In this document: one piece after another, positions 37,452 through 45,634 of the stretch
Layout of the letters: each line of letters begins with the position of its first letter
How positions within the stretch are numbered: position 1 is the first letter of the stretch
IMG/VR virus record: IMGVR_UViG_3300022594_000001
Origin: a virus
Taxonomy: Duplodnaviria; Caudoviricetes
Length of the DNA stretch: 64,000 nt
Direction: 5' to 3' (one strand)
The notes under the pieces: model-generated
What the model saw: only the letters and a program-made list of their open reading frames with translations
Database searches by the model: none
What the model was told of the DNA's origin: nothing
Translations under genes and position numbers: made by a program

Positions 37452-37712
37452 ATGACAATGCCAGACGAAAGATTCCGAGCAGTTCTGTACGCAGAAGAAT
37501 TTCTACGTGCAATAGCTGATCCAAACATTACTAAGCGTATTCCAAAAGAAATACGCCAACGTGCTCGCGGAATCCTTCGTCACTATCCTAGTACGTGGGA
37601 TATGCAACAGGCTGCAGAAGCAAGCCCGCATGTGTTTGCCGAACGGATGGAAGATGTAACTAGACTTTTTAAACAATACGAACAATCAAAGGCAAATAAG
37701 AATGAAGCGTGA
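37452..37712 (+). CDS. hypothetical protein (start reassigned to 37452)
   Basis: MTMPDERFRAV...LRHYP; directly after a promoter. Confidence 0.65.
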   Translation: MTMPDERFRAVLYAEEFLRAIADPNITKRIPKEIRQRARGILRHYPSTWDMQQAAEASPHVFAERMEDVTRLFKQYEQSKANKNEA

Positions 37713-38217
37713 ACACAAAGGTGCATTTGATCCAGAAGGTGTGCGATTCTTTACAGGTAAAGAAGTAGAGCATACTCCTGCATATGGAATGGATACATTA
37801 TTTGTAATCGGTATCCAACCTACTACAGAAATAACCCCCAGACTACAAAATATAGGCACACATATCTTCTTTGGTGCTGATCATAGCTTTGATCCGAAAA
37901 CACGAGAAGATTGGAAAGAGTGGGAGGCTATGATCGAACACTATTTAAAAATGGGTATACTGTGTAGCCTTGACATTCCATTAAGTGCTGTTGAAGAATT
38001 CAACGAAGGCCCGTTAAATGAATACGATAATTTCATTCCACAAATTAGAGTTCCAATTCCTTATATTAAATTATGGAATTATAATACAATGCTTAAAATA
38101 GATGATAAAGATTTTAAAGCAACTAATCCCGGTGTGTGGACACATAGTCTACATGATTTAAAAGATCGTTCTAAGTTTACTCCTTGGGACAAATATAATA
38201 GCGACAAAACAGTATGA
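37702..38217 (+). CDS. hypothetical protein coupled to the QueD-like gene
   Basis: 171 aa; ATGA overlap with 38214. Confidence 0.7.
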   Translation: MKREHKGAFDPEGVRFFTGKEVEHTPAYGMDTLFVIGIQPTTEITPRLQNIGTHIFFGADHSFDPKTREDWKEWEAMIEHYLKMGILCSLDIPLSAVEEFNEGPLNEYDNFIPQIRVPIPYIKLWNYNTMLKIDDKDFKATNPGVWTHSLHDLKDRSKFTPWDKYNSDKTV

Positions 38218-38630
38218 TTATCAAGCAAGACATTCGCCCTTTAAAAATGATCTGGGTTAATTTCCAGAAAGAAGGCATTCACAAATATCCAGCGGCACTT
38301 ACAGATCCCGCATTAGCTACAGGAGATGAATACGATGTATCGTTTTTGGGTTATCCTCACCGTCATATTTTCCATTTCAGGGTGTGGATCAGTGTGCAGC
38401 ACAACGACAGGGACATCGAGTTCATCCAATTCAAACGTTGGCTCACTTCGTTGTATCAATCAAGTGCCGACAATAACAGTAGTCAAGATTCCGTTTTAAA
38501 TCTTGACTATAAGAGTTGTGAAATGATATCAGACGATTTGTATGATGTCATTAGCAAGAAGTATCCAAATCGCGAAGTTTGGATTGAGGTTTCCGAAGAT
38601 TCGGAAAATGGTTCATTTATCAAATATTAA
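38214..38630 (+). CDS. dpdL: QueD-like T-fold enzyme with LxxxHRHxF motif (probable DpdL, CDG decarboxylase)
   Basis: FLGYPHRHIF instead of QueD CxxxHGH; SCE and EVSEDSENG; DpdL signature recalled from the literature, not searched. Confidence 0.6.
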   Translation: MIIKQDIRPLKMIWVNFQKEGIHKYPAALTDPALATGDEYDVSFLGYPHRHIFHFRVWISVQHNDRDIEFIQFKRWLTSLYQSSADNNSSQDSVLNLDYKSCEMISDDLYDVISKKYPNREVWIEVSEDSENGSFIKY

Positions 38631-38644
38631 AATAAGAGGCTACT

Positions 38645-38911
38645 ATGGCTAAAAATTATAACGACATCGTTTATTCTGAAACTAAAAACGGTAAGGATTC
38701 CGCTGACATCTTTGATGTACTAGAAGGATATCTAGATTACTGTCGTTTTGAACTCCTTGAGTTCGACCCATCACATTACAGTGTAAGGGGTAATCATCAT
38801 CCACAATATCGTGGTTACATAAACAGTAAGAGACCACGCAAGCCATATTTAGGAAACAAGCCTAGATATAACAACAATAACAGACGCCATGAGCAGAATT
38901 TTTCTAATTGA
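38645..38911 (+). CDS. hypothetical protein
   Basis: 88-aa ORF with GAGG RBS. Confidence 0.55.
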   Translation: MAKNYNDIVYSETKNGKDSADIFDVLEGYLDYCRFELLEFDPSHYSVRGNHHPQYRGYINSKRPRKPYLGNKPRYNNNNRRHEQNFSN

Positions 38912-39959
38912 TTTAGAAGCCGTTGAAACAAGGTACACGGGTCAGTGGAAGACCCATGTACCTGAACTCTTACGAAAGGCAGGACACAATGTTCAAATTA
39001 TCTCTGGGCCTACGGATATTCCTTCAGCCACTACTCCTGGTGCTTTTCTTAATTTTGGTGGCACCAATATATACAAGTCTAGCCAAGTTGAGCAAATGGG
39101 CCGTTTATTTTGTAGCGGATCCGTTTATCCCGGCGACCACTTTATTTTTACTGACGCTTGGCATCCGGGCATTATAAACCTAAAGTACATGAGTGAGCTA
39201 CTAGGTATTCCAGTAGTTACACATGGCTTATGGCATGCTGGTAGTTATGATCCTCAAGACTTCCTTGGACGCTTAGTCGGAGATAAGCCTTGGGTCAGAC
39301 ATGCAGAACAAAGTTTCTATCATGCGTTCGATCATAACTACTTTGCTACACAATTCCACATTGAAATGTTTGGTAAGAATCTGTTAGGCAAAGCAGGATA
39401 TGTTCCAGAAGCTAATGTAACAGGTAAAGTTGTTCGCACAGGTTGGCCTATGGAATATATGCAAGATACCTTGCTAGAATATAAGGGTATGGAAAAACGT
39501 AACCTTATTTTATTCCCACATCGAATTGCTCCAGAAAAACAAGTTGATATTTTTAGAGACTTGAAAGAACGCTTACCACAATACGAGTTTGTAGTATGCC
39601 AGGATCAACAGCTAACAAAAAATGAATATCATAATTTGTTAGGCGAATCAAAATTAGTGTTTAGTGCAAACTTACAAGAAACATTAGGTATTAGTTGGTA
39701 CGAAGGAGCAGTAGTAGATGCTATTCCTATGGTACCGGATCGCCTAAGCTATAGCGAAATGGCAATGGATGAATTCAAGTATCCAAGCAACTGGACCGAA
39801 AGCTATAACCATTATGTAGCAAATAGGAACGAAGTCTGCGATCGTATCGTAGAGTACATGGATAATTACACTAAGTATATTCCACTTGTACACAAACAAA
39901 TGGAGGTGCTACGTGACAACTTCTTCAGCGCAAGAAACATTCTCAATAACATTAACTGA
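38889..39959 (+). CDS. GT-B fold glycosyltransferase (GT4-like)
   Basis: FPHRIAPEKQ, ETLGISWYE (E-x7-E), VPDRLSYSE. Confidence 0.75.
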   Translation: MSRIFLIDLEAVETRYTGQWKTHVPELLRKAGHNVQIISGPTDIPSATTPGAFLNFGGTNIYKSSQVEQMGRLFCSGSVYPGDHFIFTDAWHPGIINLKYMSELLGIPVVTHGLWHAGSYDPQDFLGRLVGDKPWVRHAEQSFYHAFDHNYFATQFHIEMFGKNLLGKAGYVPEANVTGKVVRTGWPMEYMQDTLLEYKGMEKRNLILFPHRIAPEKQVDIFRDLKERLPQYEFVVCQDQQLTKNEYHNLLGESKLVFSANLQETLGISWYEGAVVDAIPMVPDRLSYSEMAMDEFKYPSNWTESYNHYVANRNEVCDRIVEYMDNYTKYIPLVHKQMEVLRDNFFSARNILNNIN

Positions 39960-40296
39960 CGAACAATTAGCAGAATTATCGAACAGTACTATAACATTAA
40001 ACGGGTCAAACTGTTATGGTACTCTTACATATCCTTGTTATACATCATCAGTAAGTTCTGTTAGTTATACTACTTCAACAACAGGTTCGACATTTTGTAT
40101 ACCAAACATTAACATCAGCAATGTTGATGTTTGGGGTAGTACTGAATGGGTCAATTCATTTCCTGCTTGGGGAAGGATCGAAGATATGTGTAAAGAGTAC
40201 CCCGGACTTAAACTTGCCTTTGAAAAATTTAAGAATACTTATAATTTAGTAAAAGACGATTTTGATTTGCCTCCGGAAAAAAGGATCAAACCATAA
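39886..40296 (+). CDS. hypothetical protein, Ser/Thr-rich N-terminus (true start likely slightly downstream)
   Basis: ORF track; overlaps the GT 3' end. Confidence 0.5.
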   Translation: MYTNKWRCYVTTSSAQETFSITLTDEQLAELSNSTITLNGSNCYGTLTYPCYTSSVSSVSYTTSTTGSTFCIPNINISNVDVWGSTEWVNSFPAWGRIEDMCKEYPGLKLAFEKFKNTYNLVKDDFDLPPEKRIKP

Positions 40297-40694
40297 TGGC
40301 TGTTATAAACTTGCCCAATAATACTAATAATACCATACCAGCCGGTGCATACTTAACTTCTGGCGGAACAAGCTACTCAACTGCATGGACTCAGCCAAGT
40401 CAAAATTTTGTAAGTAACCATGGACAGCCAATTATGACTATTCCTAACGAAGGGCAAAAAGTTGTTTTGGAAGAAAAAGCTACGCTCGAAGTTAAAGGCA
40501 ATGTTGTAATAAACGGTCAAGATTTAGAAGAACGGTTAAAGACAATCGAGCAAGTATTGCAAATTCCTACAAGAGATGTTATAATGGAAAATAAGCATCC
40601 AAAACTTGCAAAATTGTACAAACAATATATGCATGAATTGGAAAAATATCGAACATGGGAACGTATTAAAGGAGAAGATAATGGAACTACATGA
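40296..40694 (+). CDS. hypothetical protein
   Basis: 132-aa ORF, TAATG coupling. Confidence 0.6.
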   Translation: MAVINLPNNTNNTIPAGAYLTSGGTSYSTAWTQPSQNFVSNHGQPIMTIPNEGQKVVLEEKATLEVKGNVVINGQDLEERLKTIEQVLQIPTRDVIMENKHPKLAKLYKQYMHELEKYRTWERIKGEDNGTT

Positions 40695-40911
40695 ATCAGT
40701 TAGAGATAGCTACAAAGAAATGGTTATCAAAGAATCCGAAGGCTTTCGCCTAACACTGAAGAAGCACGAAGTATTAAGTCCTAAAGGCTTGTTTAGTATC
40801 GATATGCTTCAAGAAAGTTTGAAAGACGGTGAGGTTGTTAGCTCGCAAGAATATAACTTCTTTATGACTAAAGAAGAATGTCAAGCACTAGCATATGGCC
40901 TAACTGCATGA
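40681..40911 (+). CDS. hypothetical protein (start reassigned to 40681)
   Basis: GGAG RBS upstream of MELHES. Confidence 0.55.
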   Translation: MELHESVRDSYKEMVIKESEGFRLTLKKHEVLSPKGLFSIDMLQESLKDGEVVSSQEYNFFMTKEECQALAYGLTA

Positions 40912-41435
40912 AGAAAGTCTATTATTCTTGGCAACAAGTACAAGGTGCCTGTTTAGATATTGCTAGACAATTACGCAAAGATAAATGGGCACCTGACTAT
41001 ATCGTTGGCATTACCAGAGGAGGAGCAGTTCCTGCCATACTGTTAAGTCAATATTTAGATGTACCAATGCGCCCACTACAAGTAAGTTTACGAGATGGTG
41101 GAGAATGTGTTAGCGATTGCGGAATGGCTGAAGATGCGTTTGGACATCTCATTTACGATCCAATGTGCTCCGGCGACGGCAAGAAAAAGATCCTAGTCGT
41201 CGATGATATTAACGATCAAGGATCAACTATTGCTTGGATTAAACAAGACTGGCAAGCAAGTTGTCATCCAAACGACGAACGTTGGCTTAACGAAATATGG
41301 GGACGAAATGTCCGCTTTGCTACACTTACCGACAATATTGCTAGCAAAGAAACTGTTGACTACTCAGTGTGGGAAGTTAACAAGGCAGAAGAAGATTGTT
41401 GGTTAGTTTATCCTTGGGAGGATTTTTGGAAATGA
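40908..41435 (+). CDS. purine phosphoribosyltransferase (Gpt/Xpt-like, type I PRTase)
   Basis: GITRGG, ILVVDDINDQGST PRPP-binding loop, WLVYPWE. Confidence 0.85.
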   Translation: MKKVYYSWQQVQGACLDIARQLRKDKWAPDYIVGITRGGAVPAILLSQYLDVPMRPLQVSLRDGGECVSDCGMAEDAFGHLIYDPMCSGDGKKKILVVDDINDQGSTIAWIKQDWQASCHPNDERWLNEIWGRNVRFATLTDNIASKETVDYSVWEVNKAEEDCWLVYPWEDFWK

Positions 41436-41626
41436 TTAACGCACTATTTAAACTAATTTTAGGCATTACACTAATTGTATTTGTAATTGTTGTAGGACCA
41501 TTAGCAGGCATCTGGTCTCTTAATACACTATTCCCAGTATTGCATATTCCATACACATGGGAAACTTGGTTGGCATTTTTGTTACTCTTTGGTAGTGCAA
41601 CTGGATTGAGATTCGGGAAGAAATAA
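41432..41626 (+). CDS. small membrane protein
   Basis: Two hydrophobic segments. Confidence 0.55.
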   Translation: MINALFKLILGITLIVFVIVVGPLAGIWSLNTLFPVLHIPYTWETWLAFLLLFGSATGLRFGKK

Positions 41627-41808
41627 TGCCAGAACTAACTGTAGCAGAACTCGAAGCAAAGATTAAAAAAGCTAAACAAGATTCCGAATCTCTCAGAGCA
41701 ACAGGGGAAAGTAGTCGAAAGATGGAAGTGCTTTCCGAGTATATTGAAATGCTAGAAGAAGACTTGTACAATGCACGTAAACAAGAAAATTCACAAGAAA
41801 AAAGATAA
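41626..41808 (+). CDS. small coiled-coil protein
   Basis: 60-aa ORF. Confidence 0.5.
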   Translation: MPELTVAELEAKIKKAKQDSESLRATGESSRKMEVLSEYIEMLEEDLYNARKQENSQEKR

Positions 41809-42031
41809 AAGAATAAAAATAATGTCTGATGGATTTACTCATATGGTGCAAGTGCCTTGGCATAGTCAATCAGGTAAATGGTGGAACGAAGCATGTGCTG
41901 ACGTTATAGAAGTATTTGGATTACCAGGTGATCGTTTTACAAGTTATGCCAAAATGGAATCTATGGAGTTTTATTTTAAATCAAACAGGGATGCAGAATT
42001 ATGCAAGATACTTCTAAGCGACAAGATTTAG
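41771..42031 (+). CDS. hypothetical protein
   Basis: ORF track; start uncertain. Confidence 0.5.
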   Translation: MHVNKKIHKKKDKRIKIMSDGFTHMVQVPWHSQSGKWWNEACADVIEVFGLPGDRFTSYAKMESMEFYFKSNRDAELCKILLSDKI

Positions 42032-42228
42032 ATTTTTACTTAGTTTTAGTGTTAGGGTTTTTAGGAATGGTGTTTGCCATTTACTGGAACTATACACACC
42101 CACATGTAACAGTTAGATATGATTGCTCGATTGCAGAGATTAGTCCAGACTATCCAGTTCAAGTTAAGGAAGGATGTCGCAAACTTCGAGCAAAATATTT
42201 TGAAGAAAATTTGCAAAAACCTAAATAA
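42001..42228 (+). CDS. small membrane-anchored protein
   Basis: One TM segment, two Cys in the C-terminal part. Confidence 0.5.
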   Translation: MQDTSKRQDLDFYLVLVLGFLGMVFAIYWNYTHPHVTVRYDCSIAEISPDYPVQVKEGCRKLRAKYFEENLQKPK

Positions 42229-42239
42229 AAGTATAAAAT
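42211..42239 (+). promoter_or_regulatory. sigma70-type promoter with nested TAAATA upstream of folE
   Basis: TTGCAA-17bp-TAAAAT; TAAATA 42222-42227; AGGAG RBS. Confidence 0.55.
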
Positions 42240-42258
42240 TAAAGCATTAGGAGATATA

Positions 42259-42954
42259 ATGTCAGAAAAAAACTTATCACAAGTAATACGCGAACAAATG
42301 AAACGACAAGGCAAACGTTTCTGGGCTGGCGACAATATTAGCGATTATGTCGATGAAGAACAAAAAGAAGTATTAATCGAAGAAGCTACTGTAGCTTTTG
42401 AAAAGGTACTAGATACACTTTTGATTGATAGAGAAACAGATCCAAATTCGCACGGTACTGCAAAGCGCCTAGCTAAAATGTATTTTAATGAAATTATGTC
42501 AGGGCGTTATGATCCTGCACCAGACGCAACAGCGTTTCCAAATGATAGTGAGGATAGATATGAAGGCATGTTGGTTGTTCGTAGTGAGTTGCGTAGTATG
42601 TGTAGTCATCATCACCAACCCGTTACTGGCGTTGCTTATATTGGCATTATTGCCGCTCAAAAACTTATTGGCTTATCTAAGTACACCCGAATCGCACAGT
42701 GGTGTGCTAGAAGAGGTACACTCCAGGAGGAACTTTGTAATGATATTGCTAGGGAAATCGCAAAAGCAACAGAAGCTAGAGACATAGGTGTTTATGTACA
42801 AGCTGTACACGGGTGCTGTGAGAATCGCGGAATTATGGCTAAAAGTAGTTTAACACAAACTACTGTACTTAAAGGTGCGTTTAAAGAAGATGCAGGTACA
42901 AAGAAAGAATTCTTTGACAACATTAAAATGCAACAGGAGTACGCCTCAAAATGA
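42259..42954 (+). CDS. folE: GTP cyclohydrolase I
   Basis: SMCSHH, GLSKYTRI, QEEL, HGCCENRG. Confidence 0.92.
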   Translation: MSEKNLSQVIREQMKRQGKRFWAGDNISDYVDEEQKEVLIEEATVAFEKVLDTLLIDRETDPNSHGTAKRLAKMYFNEIMSGRYDPAPDATAFPNDSEDRYEGMLVVRSELRSMCSHHHQPVTGVAYIGIIAAQKLIGLSKYTRIAQWCARRGTLQEELCNDIAREIAKATEARDIGVYVQAVHGCCENRGIMAKSSLTQTTVLKGAFKEDAGTKKEFFDNIKMQQEYASK

Positions 42955-43172
42955 CAACAGCTAAAGACTTAACAGATCAATTAATTAATCGTGCTAAAAA
43001 CTTACAAGAATTTATAGTTGAACGCGAGTTCAACGAAATTCCACTTAATGGTGTGGTTAAGTTTGATGTACAACATAGTAAAGGACACCCAGCTCGAATC
43101 TTTGTTCATGCCCTTACACAACAAGAAGCTGAAGAAATGGTTAACGAGTGGTTTGAAGAAGCAAATGACTAA
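42951..43172 (+). CDS. hypothetical protein
   Basis: 73-aa ORF, ATGA coupling. Confidence 0.55.
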   Translation: MTTAKDLTDQLINRAKNLQEFIVEREFNEIPLNGVVKFDVQHSKGHPARIFVHALTQQEAEEMVNEWFEEAND

Positions 43173-43563
43173 TCCACAAGTTCCAGCCGAAGGTATCCTA
43201 ATTAGAAAGGATTATGGCGATGCCAAAAGTTACACTGTACCGTGTGAATGCTGTGGCTCCAATTGCGAGCACAATGTCTGGGTCGAAGCAGACGAAACAG
43301 GAGTCACAGTCACAACATACACCCAACAAAAAACAAAATGGTGGGAACTTAACAGATGGCAAGTCATTTGGCGATTGCTTACAACAGGCTATGTCGAATA
43401 TGAAGCGTCCATTATAATGTCCAAACAACAAGCTCTTAACTACTCAGCCGTGTTACAATCATCTGTTAACGATATAGAGCAGTTTGAAAAAGATCGTAAA
43501 TGGAAACAAGATTTAGTTAATAAAATTGCTACTAGATTAGCCAATGAAGGTGATTGTGAATGA
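43165..43563 (+). CDS. hypothetical protein with CECC..C.H motif (start reassigned to 43165)
   Basis: Possible Zn ribbon VPCECCGSNCEH. Confidence 0.55.
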   Translation: MTNPQVPAEGILIRKDYGDAKSYTVPCECCGSNCEHNVWVEADETGVTVTTYTQQKTKWWELNRWQVIWRLLTTGYVEYEASIIMSKQQALNYSAVLQSSVNDIEQFEKDRKWKQDLVNKIATRLANEGDCE

Positions 43564-44411
43564 GTAAAATTAAAATTGCAGAACTATTTTATAGTGTACA
43601 AGGTGAAGGACGTTACATGGGTGTACCGTCTGTTTTCTTACGTACATTTGGATGTAACTTTAAATGTGCCGGCTTCGGTATGCCTCGAGGCGAACTAAGC
43701 ATAGAAGCAGAGGACATTGCACAAGTTGCACACTTATACAACAAATATGAAGAACTTCCTTTGGTTACTACGGGGTGTGACAGTTATGCTAGTTGGCATC
43801 CTAGTTTTAAAGAACTTAGTCCAATGCTCACTTCAGACGCAATCGCCGATAGAATCTCGGAAATTATTCCGTTCGGCGAATGGAAAGATGAACACTTGGT
43901 AATCACAGGCGGTGAGCCATTGCTAGGTTGGCAACGTGCTTATCCAGACTTGCTAGATCATCCTAAGATGAAAGGCTTGAAAGAAATTACCTTTGAAACA
44001 AACGGTACTCAAAAACTTACACAAGACTTTAAAAATTATTTAGGTGTATGGAAAGGTCTTCCAAGACAAAAACGTGAAATTACATTTAGTGTAAGTGCCA
44101 AGTTGCCGTGCAGTGGCGAAAAGTGGGAAGAAGCTATTCAACCAGACATTGTATGCGAATACGAAGAAGTTGGAACTGCATACTTAAAATTTGTTATTTC
44201 TACAGAACAAGATTTTGAGGATGCTCAACGTGCAGTTGCTGAGTATCGTAAAGCAGGATTTACAGGACACGTTTATCTAATGCCGGTTGGTGGTGTTGAA
44301 AGTGTTTATGCATTAAACAATAAAGCAGTAGCTATTATGGCAATGAAAGCAGGTTTACGGTATAGTGATAGATTGCAAGTGCCATTATTTAAAAATGAAT
44401 GGGGAACCTAA
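43560..44411 (+). CDS. queE: 7-carboxy-7-deazaguanine synthase (radical SAM)
   Basis: ELFYSVQGEG, FLRTFGC, ITGGEP, FETNGT, VSAKL, RLQV; split Cys motif CX3CX36C. Confidence 0.85.
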   Translation: MSKIKIAELFYSVQGEGRYMGVPSVFLRTFGCNFKCAGFGMPRGELSIEAEDIAQVAHLYNKYEELPLVTTGCDSYASWHPSFKELSPMLTSDAIADRISEIIPFGEWKDEHLVITGGEPLLGWQRAYPDLLDHPKMKGLKEITFETNGTQKLTQDFKNYLGVWKGLPRQKREITFSVSAKLPCSGEKWEEAIQPDIVCEYEEVGTAYLKFVISTEQDFEDAQRAVAEYRKAGFTGHVYLMPVGGVESVYALNNKAVAIMAMKAGLRYSDRLQVPLFKNEWGT

Positions 44412-44605
44412 TGTTACATATTAGAAAAGAAGGCGGAACTGTACGCAATGGATTTAATTTTTATCCATTGACCGATAAAGGTAGTTTTGGATTTTTATTT
44501 AGATATGGTCCTAAAGATCCGATATTTAATCTAGGTCAAAAAGTATTTTGGTTTCGATACAGCAAGCAAACTAAAAAATGGATTATAGGAAAGCACAATG
44601 ATTAA
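44411..44605 (+). CDS. hypothetical protein
   Basis: Short ORF coupled to the queE stop. Confidence 0.45.
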   Translation: MLHIRKEGGTVRNGFNFYPLTDKGSFGFLFRYGPKDPIFNLGQKVFWFRYSKQTKKWIIGKHND

Positions 44606-45053
44606 GAATTTTTTTAGAAAAATTACAGGACTAGATGCATTAGATAAAGCTAAAGAGCAAGCACTAGAAGAAGCCCGTGCCGCTGTTAAGTTAGCTGCAC
44701 ACGCACAAGCAGAATTAGAAGCTGCTAAGGCAGCAGAGGAGGCAGCAAAACTGGGCCCAAAAGAACGTGCAACTGCCCAAGGGATGCCTTATGTAGCTGT
44801 TTTAGATACGCACGTAAATAAAGACAACATTCGCAATGGATTCTTTGAGCTAGACTGGAATGATCAATTTATTGTAGAACTTAAAACTGCTGGATATGGA
44901 TTTGACGGTGATCCAGACGAAGAGATTGTGGATCGTTGGTTTAGAGATCTAGCGGCAAACATGCTAGCAGAAGCAGGCGAAGATCCATCTAGACATACTG
45001 CTGGATTTATTAACGTTAACAGAATTAATCCTAATCGTTCAGAGATTTCTTAA
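44598..45053 (+). CDS. hypothetical protein
   Basis: 151 aa, FFELDWN..F motif. Confidence 0.65.
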   Translation: MIKNFFRKITGLDALDKAKEQALEEARAAVKLAAHAQAELEAAKAAEEAAKLGPKERATAQGMPYVAVLDTHVNKDNIRNGFFELDWNDQFIVELKTAGYGFDGDPDEEIVDRWFRDLAANMLAEAGEDPSRHTAGFINVNRINPNRSEIS

Positions 45054-45634
45054 TGCACACTGTATTAGAAAATAACGAATACATCGACCAGTACAACTGG
45101 TCGTCTTTAATTACGCAAGAAGATAATATGCAATTAATGACTATTGCTAAAAGTATCATTGATGCAGGCGATTATTTTACTAATAGTCCTAAGTTTCAAA
45201 CTAGACAAAATTTATTTGCAAGACCAGAACCAGTCTTTTTAAAGATGCGTCAAAGTTTTATATACTCTTGTTTTATGTTTTTAGAAAAAGAAGTTCGTAT
45301 TAAAAACATTATGAGTTGGGTTTTTATGACTAACAACAAGACTACGGAAAATAGAGATGATTTTTGGCATAACCATCATATTAGCGATAATGACGGTACT
45401 ACGGATACACTTAGTGGAATTTGGTACGTGCATATTCCCAAAGTTCAAAATCAAGATATTACCGGAACCGAATATTCAATGGCAGGGCCTCCCAACTTTA
45501 ACGACACATTCTTTTTAAAACCAAAAGAGTTGACTTGGAACGTATATCCTAGTAAACTGTGGCATAGACCCGGAATCACAGATTCAGACGATTACCGGTT
45601 TGTTTTTGCAGCAGACATGGAATACTATAAATGA
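45053..45634 (+). CDS. 2OG-Fe(II) oxygenase-like protein
   Basis: WHNH...SGIWYVHIP...YPSKLWHRP...R jelly-roll facial-triad pattern. Confidence 0.6.
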   Translation: MHTVLENNEYIDQYNWSSLITQEDNMQLMTIAKSIIDAGDYFTNSPKFQTRQNLFARPEPVFLKMRQSFIYSCFMFLEKEVRIKNIMSWVFMTNNKTTENRDDFWHNHHISDNDGTTDTLSGIWYVHIPKVQNQDITGTEYSMAGPPNFNDTFFLKPKELTWNVYPSKLWHRPGITDSDDYRFVFAADMEYYK

